In this document: positions 9,377 to 19,968 of the stretch, one piece after another
Layout of the letters: each line of letters starts with the position of its first letter
Position numbering within the stretch: the first letter of the stretch is position 1
Source of the DNA: an uncultured Lachnospiraceae bacterium
GTDB lineage: Bacteria; Bacillota; Clostridia; TANB77; CAG-508
NCBI GenBank assembly: GCA_964470175.1
Contig: CAYYBL010000004.1
Location: forward strand, 1-47,087
Reading direction: 5' to 3'
Length of the DNA stretch: 47,087 nt
The notes under the pieces: model-generated
What the model was told of the DNA's origin: nothing
Seen by the model: the letters and a program-made list of their open reading frames with translations, nothing else
Database searches by the model: none
Position numbers and translations under genes: made by a program

Positions 9377-11299
9377 ATGAATAAAATAAAAAGTATATTA
9401 AAATATATTTGGTGGGTAATCAACCCATTTAATGGAGCAAGTTTCTTAGATAGAAGAATGCCACCAGGTGGAAAAAGAAGGATAAAATACGACAAGGAAC
9501 ACACGGAAAAGCTTTATAAAGAAAGGGTTGAAAACTACTATAAATGTACTGATAAGGAAACAGCAGATTTTTGGAAAGGCATCGATCATAGACTTTTCAA
9601 AAAGCAAGAAAAACACTTTTTGAAGCTTGAAAAAGTAAAAGAAAATGAAGAATTTATATATGAGCAAGAAGAAAAACTAAATGATGAACAAAAAGAAAAT
9701 ATCAGAAGAAACTTTGAATATGAGATGTGGTATTACAAAAACAAACCTACAGATCAAGAACTTGAAAAACAATCAAAGAAGTTTTTCTTTAAGAAGCCAT
9801 TAATAAGTATCATAGTACCTTTGTACAACACAGATACGGATTTTTTTAGAGAGCTTTTATATAGTGTGCATTGTCAAACATATACAAATTGGGAACTATG
9901 CTTAGCAGATGGAAGTGAAAAAAGACTTTCTAAGATTGAGGAAATGGTAAAGAAAGACTTAAGAATAAAATATAAATTCATTGGTGAAAACAAAGGAATA
10001 TCAGGAAATTCTAATGAAGCAATTAAACTTGCAACAGGAAAATACATTGCACTTCTTGATCATGATGACATGCTTTCAACTAACGCACTATATGAAGTTG
10101 TGAAATGCATAAATGAAAGCAATGCAGATTTTATATATTCTGATGAAGATAAGTTTCATTTCTTAGATGAAGAAATGTTTGAGCCACATTTTAAGCCTGA
10201 TTATGCACCAGATACATTAAGGTCCAATAATTATATTTGTCATCTTAGTGTGGTAAAAAAAGATTTGCTAGATAAAGTAGGACATTTTGATAGCAGATTT
10301 GATGGAGCTCAAGATTTTGATTTAATTCTTAGAATAACTGAAAATGCTAAAAAAATAGTCCATATACCAAAGGTACTTTATCATTGGAGAGTACATAGTG
10401 GCTCTACTTCAATGAATAGTGAAGTAAAACCTTATGCTGTAGATGCAGGAAAAAGAGCTGTTCAAGAAGAACTTGAAAGACTTGGAAAAAATGGAACTGT
10501 AGAAAATGGATTTCATTTAGGTACATATAACATAAATTATAAATTTGAAGAATGTTTTATCCCTGTTCTTATAGATAGTGCAGAGGGTTTGAATGAAGAG
10601 AATATTAATTGCATTTTATCAAATACTTCATATAAGTCGTATAAATTAATTGTTTTTGGAAATGAAAAACTTAAAAACTTAAATGATGAAGAAATAGAAT
10701 TTGTAAATACTTCTGATACTAATACAGCAAGGATATTTAATAATTATCTTGCAGCCAATAAATCAAAATATTTCGTTGTACTTTCAAGTAATTGCAAAAT
10801 ACGTACAAGTAATTGGATAGAAAAGATGTTAGGGGTTGTAGAAAATGATGGCGTTGGAGTAGTTGGCACAAGATTTTTCGATAAAGACGATATCACGCAA
10901 AATTCAGGTATAACAATTAATGATGAAAATGGATTTAGGTATATAAATGAGGGATTAAAAAATTCTAAAGATGGATACTTTGGAAGAGAAAAAATAGTTC
11001 AGAATCTTAGTGCTGTATCTTTTGCCTTAGCTATGATTGATAAAGAAATATACAGTAAACTTGGTGGTTTTGATGAGGAGTTTGATAAGCTATTTGGTAT
11101 AGATTTTTGTATGAAGGTAAATAAAAATAATCTTATTGTTTATAATCCTAACATAGAAGCTTATAAAAACAACAAACAAATATCTGATAATGAGATACAT
11201 TTATTTAAAGAAAAATGGAAAAACAGACTTCATGATAGATATTACAATATGAATTTTAGTACAAAAAATGGTAATTATGAAATAAATTGGAATGGATAA
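9377..11299 (+). CDS. Tandem GT2 glycosyltransferase; second domain degenerate
   Basis: SIIVPLYNT, LLDHDD, YSDED, FKPD, GAQDFD, LYHWR. The second half lacks SIIIP and LNND (it has LSSNC). Confidence 0.85.
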   Translation: MNKIKSILKYIWWVINPFNGASFLDRRMPPGGKRRIKYDKEHTEKLYKERVENYYKCTDKETADFWKGIDHRLFKKQEKHFLKLEKVKENEEFIYEQEEKLNDEQKENIRRNFEYEMWYYKNKPTDQELEKQSKKFFFKKPLISIIVPLYNTDTDFFRELLYSVHCQTYTNWELCLADGSEKRLSKIEEMVKKDLRIKYKFIGENKGISGNSNEAIKLATGKYIALLDHDDMLSTNALYEVVKCINESNADFIYSDEDKFHFLDEEMFEPHFKPDYAPDTLRSNNYICHLSVVKKDLLDKVGHFDSRFDGAQDFDLILRITENAKKIVHIPKVLYHWRVHSGSTSMNSEVKPYAVDAGKRAVQEELERLGKNGTVENGFHLGTYNINYKFEECFIPVLIDSAEGLNEENINCILSNTSYKSYKLIVFGNEKLKNLNDEEIEFVNTSDTNTARIFNNYLAANKSKYFVVLSSNCKIRTSNWIEKMLGVVENDGVGVVGTRFFDKDDITQNSGITINDENGFRYINEGLKNSKDGYFGREKIVQNLSAVSFALAMIDKEIYSKLGGFDEEFDKLFGIDFCMKVNKNNLIVYNPNIEAYKNNKQISDNEIHLFKEKWKNRLHDRYYNMNFSTKNGNYEINWNG

Positions 11300-11301
11300 A
11301 A

Positions 11302-13278
11302 ATGAATATTTTAAAACACAGAATTAATCAAATAAAATTTTATATAAAAAAATATGGCTTTTTTAAAACAATAAAAAAATGCATAAAGGTTTTTATATAT
11401 AAACTTATAAGATTTATAAAAAATGAAAAGGAACTTCAATATGGAGATTATGGTTGTTGGATTAGACATAATGAACTTTCAGATAGTGATTTAAAAAGTC
11501 AGATGAAAGTAAAATTTGAATATATGCCTAAGATAAGTGTTATAGTTCCTATGTACAATACAAAAGAAAAATTCTTTAAAGAACTTGTAAAATGCTTGAA
11601 AGATCAAACATATACAAATTGGGAACTATGCCTAGCAGATGGTAGTCCAAAACAAAACGAGAGCTTAAAAAAGTACATTGAAGATGACAGGATAAAATAC
11701 AAATATTTAAATAAAAATCTTGGTATTGCAGGAAATTCGAATGCTGCTCTTGAAATGGCGACAGGAGATTATATTGCTCTTTTAGATCATGATGATTTGC
11801 TTGCAGACTATGCTCTTTTTTTCATGGTAGAAGCTATTAATAAAAATAAAAATGCGAAGTTTTTATATTCGGATGAAGATAAGATAGATGAAAGCGGAAA
11901 CAGGTATGATGCATATTTCAAGCCAGATTTTGCACCAGATACTTTGAGGTGTCAAAATTATATTTGTCACTTTAGTATGTTTAAAAAAGAATTAATGGAT
12001 GAACTTAAAGGATTCAAAGAAGACTATGATGGTGCTCAGGATTATGACATATTTTTAAGAATGAGTGAAATTACAAATCCTGTTGAGATAGTTCACGTAC
12101 CGAGAATACTTTATCATTGGAGAGTACATAATGAATCAACTGCAAAACTTGATAGTCACGCAAAAAATTATGCTTTTATAGCTGGAAAAAAAGCAATAGA
12201 AGATCATTTAAAAAGAATTGGACTAAATGGAAAAGTATCTGAAGGATGTATTGAAGGTATTTATAGAATAGATTACGAATTTAGTGGAAATCCAAAAGTA
12301 TCTATAGTTATACCTAATAAAGATGGAAAAGATATTTTGGAAACATGTATTAATTCAATTTTAAATAAATCTACTTACAAAAATTTTGAAATTGTTGTTG
12401 TTGAAAATAATAGTGATACTGAAGAAATATTTGAATACTATAAAACTATAATTAATAATCCAAAAATTAAAATTGTAAATTACAATATTAATGTTCAAAT
12501 GACAGACAATATGTGCAGTTTAGACTATATCAAAAAAGCTATTCAGGAAAATAAAGATGCAAAACTTGGATTTAATTATTCCGGAATAATAAACTATGGA
12601 GTAAGAAATTCATCAGGAGATTATGTAATTCAACTAAATAATGATACAGAAGTAATTACAGAAAATTGGATGGAACTTATGCTTGGTTTTTGTACTAGAA
12701 AAGATGTAGGCGCTGTAGGAGTAAAACTATATTTTCCTGATGAAACAATCCAGCATGCAGGAATCATTGTTGGTATCGGAGGAATTGCAGGAAATAGATT
12801 TAAGAGTATACCAAAATCTGGGCATGGTTATTTTGCAAAAGAAAGTATGATAGAAAATTTAAGTGCTGTAACAGCAGCATGTATAATGACTCCAAAGAGG
12901 GTTTATGAAGAAGTTGGTTTTATGGATGAAAACTTAGCTGTAGCTTTTAATGATGTAGACTTTTGCTTGAAAATTAGAGAAAAAGGATATCTTATAGTAT
13001 ATAATCCATTTGTCGAGTTTTGGCATTATGAATCTAAAACAAGGGGAGCGGAAAATACTCCTGAAAAGATACGAAGATTTCAAAATGAAATATGTACATT
13101 TGAACAGAGATGGCCAGAAATATTAGAAAATGGTGATCCTTACTATAATATAAATTTGAGCTTAGATACAGAAGTTTATCATATGAAAAATATACCAGTA
13201 AGGTACTATAATGATGAGCCAAAAAAGAAAAAAATAAAAAAGTCAAAAGAGAAAAAGGAAGAAAAAATTGCAAAGTAG
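11302..13278 (+). CDS. Tandem GT2 glycosyltransferase
   Basis: SVIVPMYNT, LLDHDD, YSDED, GAQDYD; second domain has SIVIPNKD, QLNNDT, AFNDVDFC, HYES. ATG at 11302 is preferred over the TTG at 11287. Confidence 0.9.
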   Translation: MNILKHRINQIKFYIKKYGFFKTIKKCIKVFIYKLIRFIKNEKELQYGDYGCWIRHNELSDSDLKSQMKVKFEYMPKISVIVPMYNTKEKFFKELVKCLKDQTYTNWELCLADGSPKQNESLKKYIEDDRIKYKYLNKNLGIAGNSNAALEMATGDYIALLDHDDLLADYALFFMVEAINKNKNAKFLYSDEDKIDESGNRYDAYFKPDFAPDTLRCQNYICHFSMFKKELMDELKGFKEDYDGAQDYDIFLRMSEITNPVEIVHVPRILYHWRVHNESTAKLDSHAKNYAFIAGKKAIEDHLKRIGLNGKVSEGCIEGIYRIDYEFSGNPKVSIVIPNKDGKDILETCINSILNKSTYKNFEIVVVENNSDTEEIFEYYKTIINNPKIKIVNYNINVQMTDNMCSLDYIKKAIQENKDAKLGFNYSGIINYGVRNSSGDYVIQLNNDTEVITENWMELMLGFCTRKDVGAVGVKLYFPDETIQHAGIIVGIGGIAGNRFKSIPKSGHGYFAKESMIENLSAVTAACIMTPKRVYEEVGFMDENLAVAFNDVDFCLKIREKGYLIVYNPFVEFWHYESKTRGAENTPEKIRRFQNEICTFEQRWPEILENGDPYYNINLSLDTEVYHMKNIPVRYYNDEPKKKKIKKSKEKKEEKIAK

Positions 13279-15190
13279 AAATGTAGAAAAATTTTTGTAT
13301 AATTTAAAAAGATATGGGTTAGGCTACACTTTGAAAAAAGTTTCAAAAAGAGTTTTTCATAAAAAGAAAGAGGAAAAATTTGATAATGGAGCTTATATTA
13401 AGTGGATACAAAATAATGAACCGGATATTCATGAAATAGAAAACCAAAAGAATACAAAGTTTAAATACAACCCAAAGATAAGTGTAGTCATTCCTATGTA
13501 TAACACAAATGATGTCTTTTTCGTAGAGCTTTTACAATCATTTATGAACCAAACATATGTGAATTTTGAGATTTGTATTGCAGATGGAAGTGAGATAAAA
13601 AATGAAAAGATTGAAGAATATATTAAGTCTGCAGAACTTCAAGATAAAGTAAAATATAAGTTCTTAGGGAAAAATGGCGGAATATCTGAAAATACAAATA
13701 AAGCTATAGAACTTGCAACTGGTGATTATATAGGCTTTATGGATCATGATGATTTGATTTCAGATAATTGTCTTTTTGAGGTTGTGAAAAAAATTAATGA
13801 TGAAGATCCTGATTGCATTTATTCAGATGAAGATAAAATCGAAAATGGTGTGAGATTTGAGCCATATTTTAAACCAGATTATTCGCCTGAAATGTTAGAA
13901 TGCAATAATTATATTACTCATTTTGTTGTAGTAAAGAAGAGTATTCTTGATAAAGTTGGGAGATTGGATTCTAGATTTGATGGTGCTCAAGACTTTGATT
14001 TACTTCTTAGAATTTCAGAAAATACAAATAAAATATCTCATATTTCAAAAATATTATATCATTGGAGATCACATAAAAATTCTACAGCAGAACTACCTGA
14101 AAATAAAAAGTATGCTTATGAAGCAGGTCTTAAGGTAGTAGAAAAGCATATAAAAAGAACGGGTAAAGATGCAGAAGTTTTATATGGAAATGATGTTCCA
14201 GGTGTTTATAAGATTAAGTATAATGTTAGAGGAAATCCTAAAGTATCAATAATCATACCAAACAAAGATAATGTGGGACTTCTTTCAAATTGTATAAAAT
14301 CTATTTTAAAGCTTACAACATACAAAAATTATGAAATTATTATCGTTGAAAATAATAGTACAAGTATGAAAACATATGATTTTTACGATGAAATAGTGAA
14401 AAATGAAAGAGTAAAAGTATATAACTATAATAGCAGAACGATACAAGATATGTTTTATCAAGACTCACTTGGACAAAGAGAATTTGAAGATGATGATCAA
14501 AAAAAGATGGATGCCTTTAGCAAGGAGTTTATAGAGGAAGACAAATCTAAGTTTAATTATTCAAAATTAATCAACTTTGCAGTAAGGCTTACAGATACAG
14601 ATTATATAGTGCAATTAAACAATGACACCAAGATAATATCTCCAGACTGGCTTGAGACAATGATAGGGTATTATCAACAAAATAATGAAATAGGTGCTAT
14701 AGGTGGAAGACTATATTATTCTGATAAAAGTATTCAACATGCAGGTATTGCAGTTGGCATAGGTGGATATGCTGCAAATTTGCTTGTGAATTTGCCTTAT
14801 GGAAAACATGCATATTATGGATATGAGGCAATTACAAGAGATGTTTTAGCTGTTACTGGAGCAATGCTATTTACTTCAAAAATAATGTACGATGAAGTAG
14901 GATATATGGATGATAAAAACCTTCAAATAGCACTAAATGATGTAGACTTTTGTTTAAAAATATATGAAAAAGGTTATAGAATTTTATATAATCCATATAT
15001 TGAGATATGGCATTATGAGTCAAAATCAAGGGGATATGAAAATACTGAAAATAAAGAAGCAAGATTTAACGAAGAAATAGAGTATTTTAAAAATAAATGG
15101 AAAAAATATATTGATTATGATCCATATTACAATATTAATTTTACAAGGAAAAATCCTGACTTTAAAATAAATTTAGAAAGGCATGATTAG
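13268..15190 (+). CDS. Tandem GT2 glycosyltransferase (paralog of the preceding genes)
   Basis: SVVIPMYNT, FMDHDD, YSDED, SIIIPNKD, QLNNDT, LNDVDFC, HYES. TTG start overlaps the upstream gene and follows an AAGGA RBS. Confidence 0.9.
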   Translation: MQSRNVEKFLYNLKRYGLGYTLKKVSKRVFHKKKEEKFDNGAYIKWIQNNEPDIHEIENQKNTKFKYNPKISVVIPMYNTNDVFFVELLQSFMNQTYVNFEICIADGSEIKNEKIEEYIKSAELQDKVKYKFLGKNGGISENTNKAIELATGDYIGFMDHDDLISDNCLFEVVKKINDEDPDCIYSDEDKIENGVRFEPYFKPDYSPEMLECNNYITHFVVVKKSILDKVGRLDSRFDGAQDFDLLLRISENTNKISHISKILYHWRSHKNSTAELPENKKYAYEAGLKVVEKHIKRTGKDAEVLYGNDVPGVYKIKYNVRGNPKVSIIIPNKDNVGLLSNCIKSILKLTTYKNYEIIIVENNSTSMKTYDFYDEIVKNERVKVYNYNSRTIQDMFYQDSLGQREFEDDDQKKMDAFSKEFIEEDKSKFNYSKLINFAVRLTDTDYIVQLNNDTKIISPDWLETMIGYYQQNNEIGAIGGRLYYSDKSIQHAGIAVGIGGYAANLLVNLPYGKHAYYGYEAITRDVLAVTGAMLFTSKIMYDEVGYMDDKNLQIALNDVDFCLKIYEKGYRILYNPYIEIWHYESKSRGYENTENKEARFNEEIEYFKNKWKKYIDYDPYYNINFTRKNPDFKINLERHD

Positions 15191-15712
15191 ATGGACGAAA
15201 CAAATAATGAATATCATAGTATTACCCTGAAAATATTTGAAATAGTTGAAAATTTTGGGCTTTGGATATTAGAAAAAATTCATTTAAATTTTTTAGCAGA
15301 TATTTATAGAAAAAACATAGAAGTTATGAGATATCTTATATGTGGAGCACTTTCAACTGTTGTAAATATTGTTTCATATATAATTGGTAGCAAACTTATT
15401 TTTGTATATTTAAAGGAAACTTCTCTTATAGTAAATGTAAGTGAAATATTTGCTTTTATTGTTGCATTAATATTTGCCTATTGGGTAAATAAATCAATCG
15501 TTTTTAAAAGTAAATGTGAAAATTTTAAATCTCTTGTTAAAGAAATGTCTTCATTTACGTTTGCACGAATATTTACTGAATTTATAAGTATTGGACTTAT
15601 GAATTTAGCAGTAATTACAAATTTTAATGATGTAGCTATGAAGATAATAGCAAATATTATTGTAATCATTTTAAATTACGTATTTAGTAAGCTTATTATA
15701 TTCAAGAAATAA
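15191..15712 (+). CDS. gtrA: GtrA-family small flippase
   Basis: MRYLICGALSTVVN, FAYWVNKSIVF, LNYVFSKLIIF; four TM helices. Confidence 0.85.
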   Translation: MDETNNEYHSITLKIFEIVENFGLWILEKIHLNFLADIYRKNIEVMRYLICGALSTVVNIVSYIIGSKLIFVYLKETSLIVNVSEIFAFIVALIFAYWVNKSIVFKSKCENFKSLVKEMSSFTFARIFTEFISIGLMNLAVITNFNDVAMKIIANIIVIILNYVFSKLIIFKK

Positions 15713-15741
15713 TTGATAATGCAAAACTAATTTGATATAAT
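15713..15741 (+). promoter_or_regulatory. Internal sigma-A promoter upstream of the gtrB-like gene
   Basis: TTGATA, 17-bp spacer, TATAAT, with an extended -10 TG. Confidence 0.65.
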
Positions 15742-15772
15742 AAGATAAATTTTAAGTAAAAGGAGAAATCAT

Positions 15773-16714
15773 ATGGATAAAATAGCGGTTTTGATTCCTT
15801 GCTACAATGAATCAAAAACTATAAAAAAAGTAGTGGAAGATTTTAAAAGAGAACTTCCTGAAGCAACGATTTATGTATATGACAATAATTCAAAAGATGG
15901 AACAGATGAGATAGCAAAGAAAGCTGGTGCTATAGTAAGATATGAAACTCGCCAAGGTAAGGGAAATGTTATTAGAACAATGTTTAGAGAGATAGATGCT
16001 GAATGTTATGTAATGGTTGATGGAGATGATACATATCCAGCAGAAAATGCAAAGGAAATGGTTACAGCTGTTCTTGAAGAAAACATAGATATGGTTGTAG
16101 GCGATAGACTTTCTTCTACATATTTTACGGAAAATAAAAGATTATTTCATAATTCAGGAAATAAAGTTGTAAGAGCACTTATAAATAGAATTTATAAATC
16201 AAATATTAGAGACGTAATGACAGGACTTCGTGCATTTAGCTATAGATTTGTAAAGACATTTCCTGTTATGAGTAAAGGATTTGAACTTGAGACAGAAATG
16301 ACTATACATTGTCTAGACAAAAATTTAAAAGTTAAAAATGTAATTATTGATTATAGAGATAGACCTGCTGATAGCCCATCTAAATTAAATACTATACCAG
16401 ATGGAATAAAAGTTATAAAGACAATTTTCGGTTTTTATAAGAATTACAAGCCAATAAATTTTTTTGGTGTTATAGCATTCTTAGCATTAGCTGTTGGACT
16501 AGGATTATTTATACCAGTATTTATTGATTTCTTACATCGTGGAGTAGTAAAAATTCCTACACTTGTAATAAGCGTTTTATTCTTTATGGGAAGCATACAA
16601 TCATTATTTACAGGTCTTATGCTTGATAATACAATTCAAACAACAAGACAAAATTTTGAAATGAGACTTATAGAAATAGACAGAATCTTTAAAATAGAAA
16701 AATCAAAAAAATAA
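15773..16714 (+). CDS. Polyprenol-phosphate glycosyltransferase (GtrB/DPM-synthase-like GT2) with two C-terminal TMs
   Basis: IAVLIPCYNE, YDNNSKDG, GKGNV, MVDGDDTYP, GFELETEM. Confidence 0.88.
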   Translation: MDKIAVLIPCYNESKTIKKVVEDFKRELPEATIYVYDNNSKDGTDEIAKKAGAIVRYETRQGKGNVIRTMFREIDAECYVMVDGDDTYPAENAKEMVTAVLEENIDMVVGDRLSSTYFTENKRLFHNSGNKVVRALINRIYKSNIRDVMTGLRAFSYRFVKTFPVMSKGFELETEMTIHCLDKNLKVKNVIIDYRDRPADSPSKLNTIPDGIKVIKTIFGFYKNYKPINFFGVIAFLALAVGLGLFIPVFIDFLHRGVVKIPTLVISVLFFMGSIQSLFTGLMLDNTIQTTRQNFEMRLIEIDRIFKIEKSKK

Positions 16715-16723
16715 AGGAAAAAT

Positions 16724-17764
16724 ATGAGCGATATTAAAGTTTCAATTGTTGTACCAATTTATAATTTAGAAGATTATATTCCAAGATGTTTAGATGCTCT
16801 TGTAAACCAAACTCTTCAAGAAATAGAAATACTTCTTGTAGATGATGGCTCTACAGATTCAGCACCTCAAATCATTGAAGATTATAGAAAAAAATATCCT
16901 AATAAAGTTAAGACATTTCATAAAGAAAATGGTGGTGAATGGTCTGCACGTACTTATGGACTAAAGGAAGCAGTTGGTGAATATGTTGGATTTATTGATA
17001 GCGATGATGTTCCTGAAGTTACATGGGCTGAAAAACTTTATAACGCTGCTAAACTAAATGATGCAGATATAGCATTTAGCGGATACGATAGGATAGATTT
17101 GGATACAGGAAGAGTTGTATCAGTAGAGATGACACAACATGGTACGATGAATAAAGAAGTTGATTGGAATGATGATTTTATAGTATATGCAAATCCATCT
17201 TTATGGAATAAGATTTATAGAAGAGAACTTGTTAAAGATAATGAATTTCTTCCATTTAGAGGATGTAATGATACACTTTTCTTGATAAGAGCATATATGG
17301 ATGGTGCAAAAACTCTTACTTTTATACCTGATGTTTTATACCATTATTATTTAAGGTCTTCATCTCAAATACACTCATTAGGACCAAAAGACATTGAAAA
17401 TTTAAAGAAATATTTGCTTGTGCTTAAAGGTTATTCAAAGCAAATTGGTAGAGAAGAAGAGTATAGTGAAATATTTTCATGTATGGCTTTTCTTCATTTG
17501 GGTATTTCATGGGCTTTTATGCTTTCATATTATCCAGATGTTAATCTTAGAAAAGAGCTAAAGGGAATAATAAAATATCTTGATTTAAATTTCTATGAGT
17601 GGAGACATTCTAGATTCTATTCGATGTTTCATTGTTTTCCACAAGGTATGAAATATGTACTTATTTGGGGAGTTCATTTGTTTTACAGAATGGGCCTTCC
17701 AGGAGTTTATATAAAAGTAAATAGATTTATAAGAGATAAATTAAAAAAAGAAGTTAAGTGGTAA
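16724..17764 (+). CDS. GT2 glycosyltransferase (EpsJ/WaaH-like)
   Basis: VSIVVPIYN, VDDGSTDS, ENGG, FIDSDD, SLWNKIY. Confidence 0.88.
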   Translation: MSDIKVSIVVPIYNLEDYIPRCLDALVNQTLQEIEILLVDDGSTDSAPQIIEDYRKKYPNKVKTFHKENGGEWSARTYGLKEAVGEYVGFIDSDDVPEVTWAEKLYNAAKLNDADIAFSGYDRIDLDTGRVVSVEMTQHGTMNKEVDWNDDFIVYANPSLWNKIYRRELVKDNEFLPFRGCNDTLFLIRAYMDGAKTLTFIPDVLYHYYLRSSSQIHSLGPKDIENLKKYLLVLKGYSKQIGREEEYSEIFSCMAFLHLGISWAFMLSYYPDVNLRKELKGIIKYLDLNFYEWRHSRFYSMFHCFPQGMKYVLIWGVHLFYRMGLPGVYIKVNRFIRDKLKKEVKW

Positions 17765-17772
17765 TTTATAAT

Positions 17773-19956
17773 ATGGAAAAATTAGAAAACGATGTATCAA
17801 AATTATATGATTTTGTTGTACAAAAATTTAAATTTTTTATTGATAAAAATCATTTTGTAGTGCTAAAACTTGTTTTAGCATTTCTTTTGTCATGTGTATT
17901 AAGTGTTGCATGTGAATTTACTATAATGAGAAGATATCACCCAGAATATATTTCTAAAATTAGGATGATACTAGTGGCTTGTATTTTCTATTTTACAAGT
18001 TTACACTTTATTTTTAAGCTTGATAAGATGTATGAATTTATTCACAAATATAGATTTGTGATTGCAGTGTGTTTTTTACTTTTTGTAATGATTCTAAAAC
18101 TTTCAGGATCTTCGATTGTTAGTTTTAATGCATTTATTCAATCACATAACGATGATAGAAAATTTCATACTATACTTGGTGTGCCACGTTATATAAGGAC
18201 AGATGAATGGGCAACTTCTACTACATACATTATGTCTCAAGCAAATAGTACTACACCATTTAGTTATTTTTCAAATGTACCTAGAGCTACAGATACAGAC
18301 ATGTATACTGTAGCAAATGCGCCAGTAGTAGATATACTTATGCTTGGTAGACCATTCCAAATAGGATTTATGCTTTTTGGAAATGATATGGGACTTAGTT
18401 TTTATTGGTATATTAGATTGATAGCGATGATGCTAGGATCATATGAGCTTTGTTTGATTTTTACAAAGAAGAAGAAATTTCCCGCATTTGTTGGAATGAT
18501 TATGATTACATTTTCTAGTGCAACACAATGGTGGTATTGTATGGATACCCTTATTTGGGGACAAATAGCAGTTGTTTTGTTTGATAAATTTATGAATGTA
18601 AAGAATAAATTGAAAAAGTATTTGTGTGCGTTCGGTATGCTAGTTAGTATTCTTTCGTACATATTTGTATTCTATCCTTCATGGCAGCTTCCATTTGGAT
18701 ATGTGTTTTTAGCTATTGTCATCTGGATTGCTATTAAAAATATTAAATATGGTGATTATAAGATAAATAAACATGATGTAATTGTTGCAATAATTACATG
18801 TGTATGTTTGGTTCTTCTTATTGGAAGATGGTATGGTTTATCAAAAGACACTTTAGCTATGGAAATGAATACAGATTATCCAGGTGAAAGACAGGAGACA
18901 GGTGGATTTGCACAGAATATATATTCTTATTTTTATGATATATTTTTCCCATTTTTTGAGTATTTGAATCCATGTGAATTCGCCGCGATGCTTTCGTTTT
19001 TCCCTATACCAATCTTTTTGGGTATAATATATATCGTAAGAAATAAAAAGGATTTACATTTCTGGATACCAATGCTTATAGTTTCAATAATGCTTAGTAT
19101 TTGGTGTATATGGGGATTCCCAGCTAGCATAGCAAATATTACGAAATTCTCTATGGCTCAATCAGGAAGAGCAACTATACCGCTTGGAACTATATGTATA
19201 TATTTACTTGTATTTTTGTTTGGAAATTTTGATAAAGAAAAAGATAAATTATTAAATTTACATGTTTCAGCAGTACTTGCAGTTATTTTTACTACATATA
19301 TAGCATACAAAGCAAAAAATACTATAGCATATAGAGAAGACTTTTTATATTTGGATAAATTTAAGATGCTTGTAGCCTTTGAATTTTTTGTAGCAGCAAT
19401 TTTCTGTATTTTAAATCTAAATAATAATAAATTGAGAAAGGCTGGATATGCTTTATTAATAACTATAGCACTTCTTTCAGGTCTTAGAGTAAATCCAGTA
19501 ATAAGTACGACTAATATTTTTTATGAAAAACCTGTTGCGAAAAAGATGAAGGAAATAAAAGATCAAAATCCAAATAGTATATGGGTAGTTGATGATGATG
19601 GGTGGTATTGCAATGATTATGCCTTAGCAAGTGGAATTAGAACTATAAATTCTACCGCTCTTTATCCAAATTTTGATATGTACAAAAAAGTACTTGGAGA
19701 TGAAAGAGCAGAAGAATTAAGAACTATATACAATAGATATGGACATATAAACTTTATAATCACGGATAAAGAATCAGATGTTAAGCTAGTTTTCTTTGAT
19801 AATGTAGAATTTGATGTGAATTATAAAGATTTAAAAAAATTGGATATAGAATATATAATATCGTTCGAGGATTTATGTGAAAGAGATTATGGAGATGCAT
19901 TTTTAAAATTATATGATGAAGATGGAATTTATATATTTCAGTATTTAAATAAGTAA
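17773..19956 (+). CDS. Multi-TM GT-C-type glycosyltransferase (polyprenol-P-sugar dependent; GtrC/GtrII-like)
   Basis: More than 12 TM segments, an early extracellular loop with IRTDEW, FYPSWQLP, YPGERQ and SGLRVNP, and a soluble C-terminal domain. Start is GTG 17758 or ATG 17773. Confidence 0.65.
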   Translation: MEKLENDVSKLYDFVVQKFKFFIDKNHFVVLKLVLAFLLSCVLSVACEFTIMRRYHPEYISKIRMILVACIFYFTSLHFIFKLDKMYEFIHKYRFVIAVCFLLFVMILKLSGSSIVSFNAFIQSHNDDRKFHTILGVPRYIRTDEWATSTTYIMSQANSTTPFSYFSNVPRATDTDMYTVANAPVVDILMLGRPFQIGFMLFGNDMGLSFYWYIRLIAMMLGSYELCLIFTKKKKFPAFVGMIMITFSSATQWWYCMDTLIWGQIAVVLFDKFMNVKNKLKKYLCAFGMLVSILSYIFVFYPSWQLPFGYVFLAIVIWIAIKNIKYGDYKINKHDVIVAIITCVCLVLLIGRWYGLSKDTLAMEMNTDYPGERQETGGFAQNIYSYFYDIFFPFFEYLNPCEFAAMLSFFPIPIFLGIIYIVRNKKDLHFWIPMLIVSIMLSIWCIWGFPASIANITKFSMAQSGRATIPLGTICIYLLVFLFGNFDKEKDKLLNLHVSAVLAVIFTTYIAYKAKNTIAYREDFLYLDKFKMLVAFEFFVAAIFCILNLNNNKLRKAGYALLITIALLSGLRVNPVISTTNIFYEKPVAKKMKEIKDQNPNSIWVVDDDGWYCNDYALASGIRTINSTALYPNFDMYKKVLGDERAEELRTIYNRYGHINFIITDKESDVKLVFFDNVEFDVNYKDLKKLDIEYIISFEDLCERDYGDAFLKLYDEDGIYIFQYLNK

Positions 19957-19968
19957 AAGGAAGAATTA

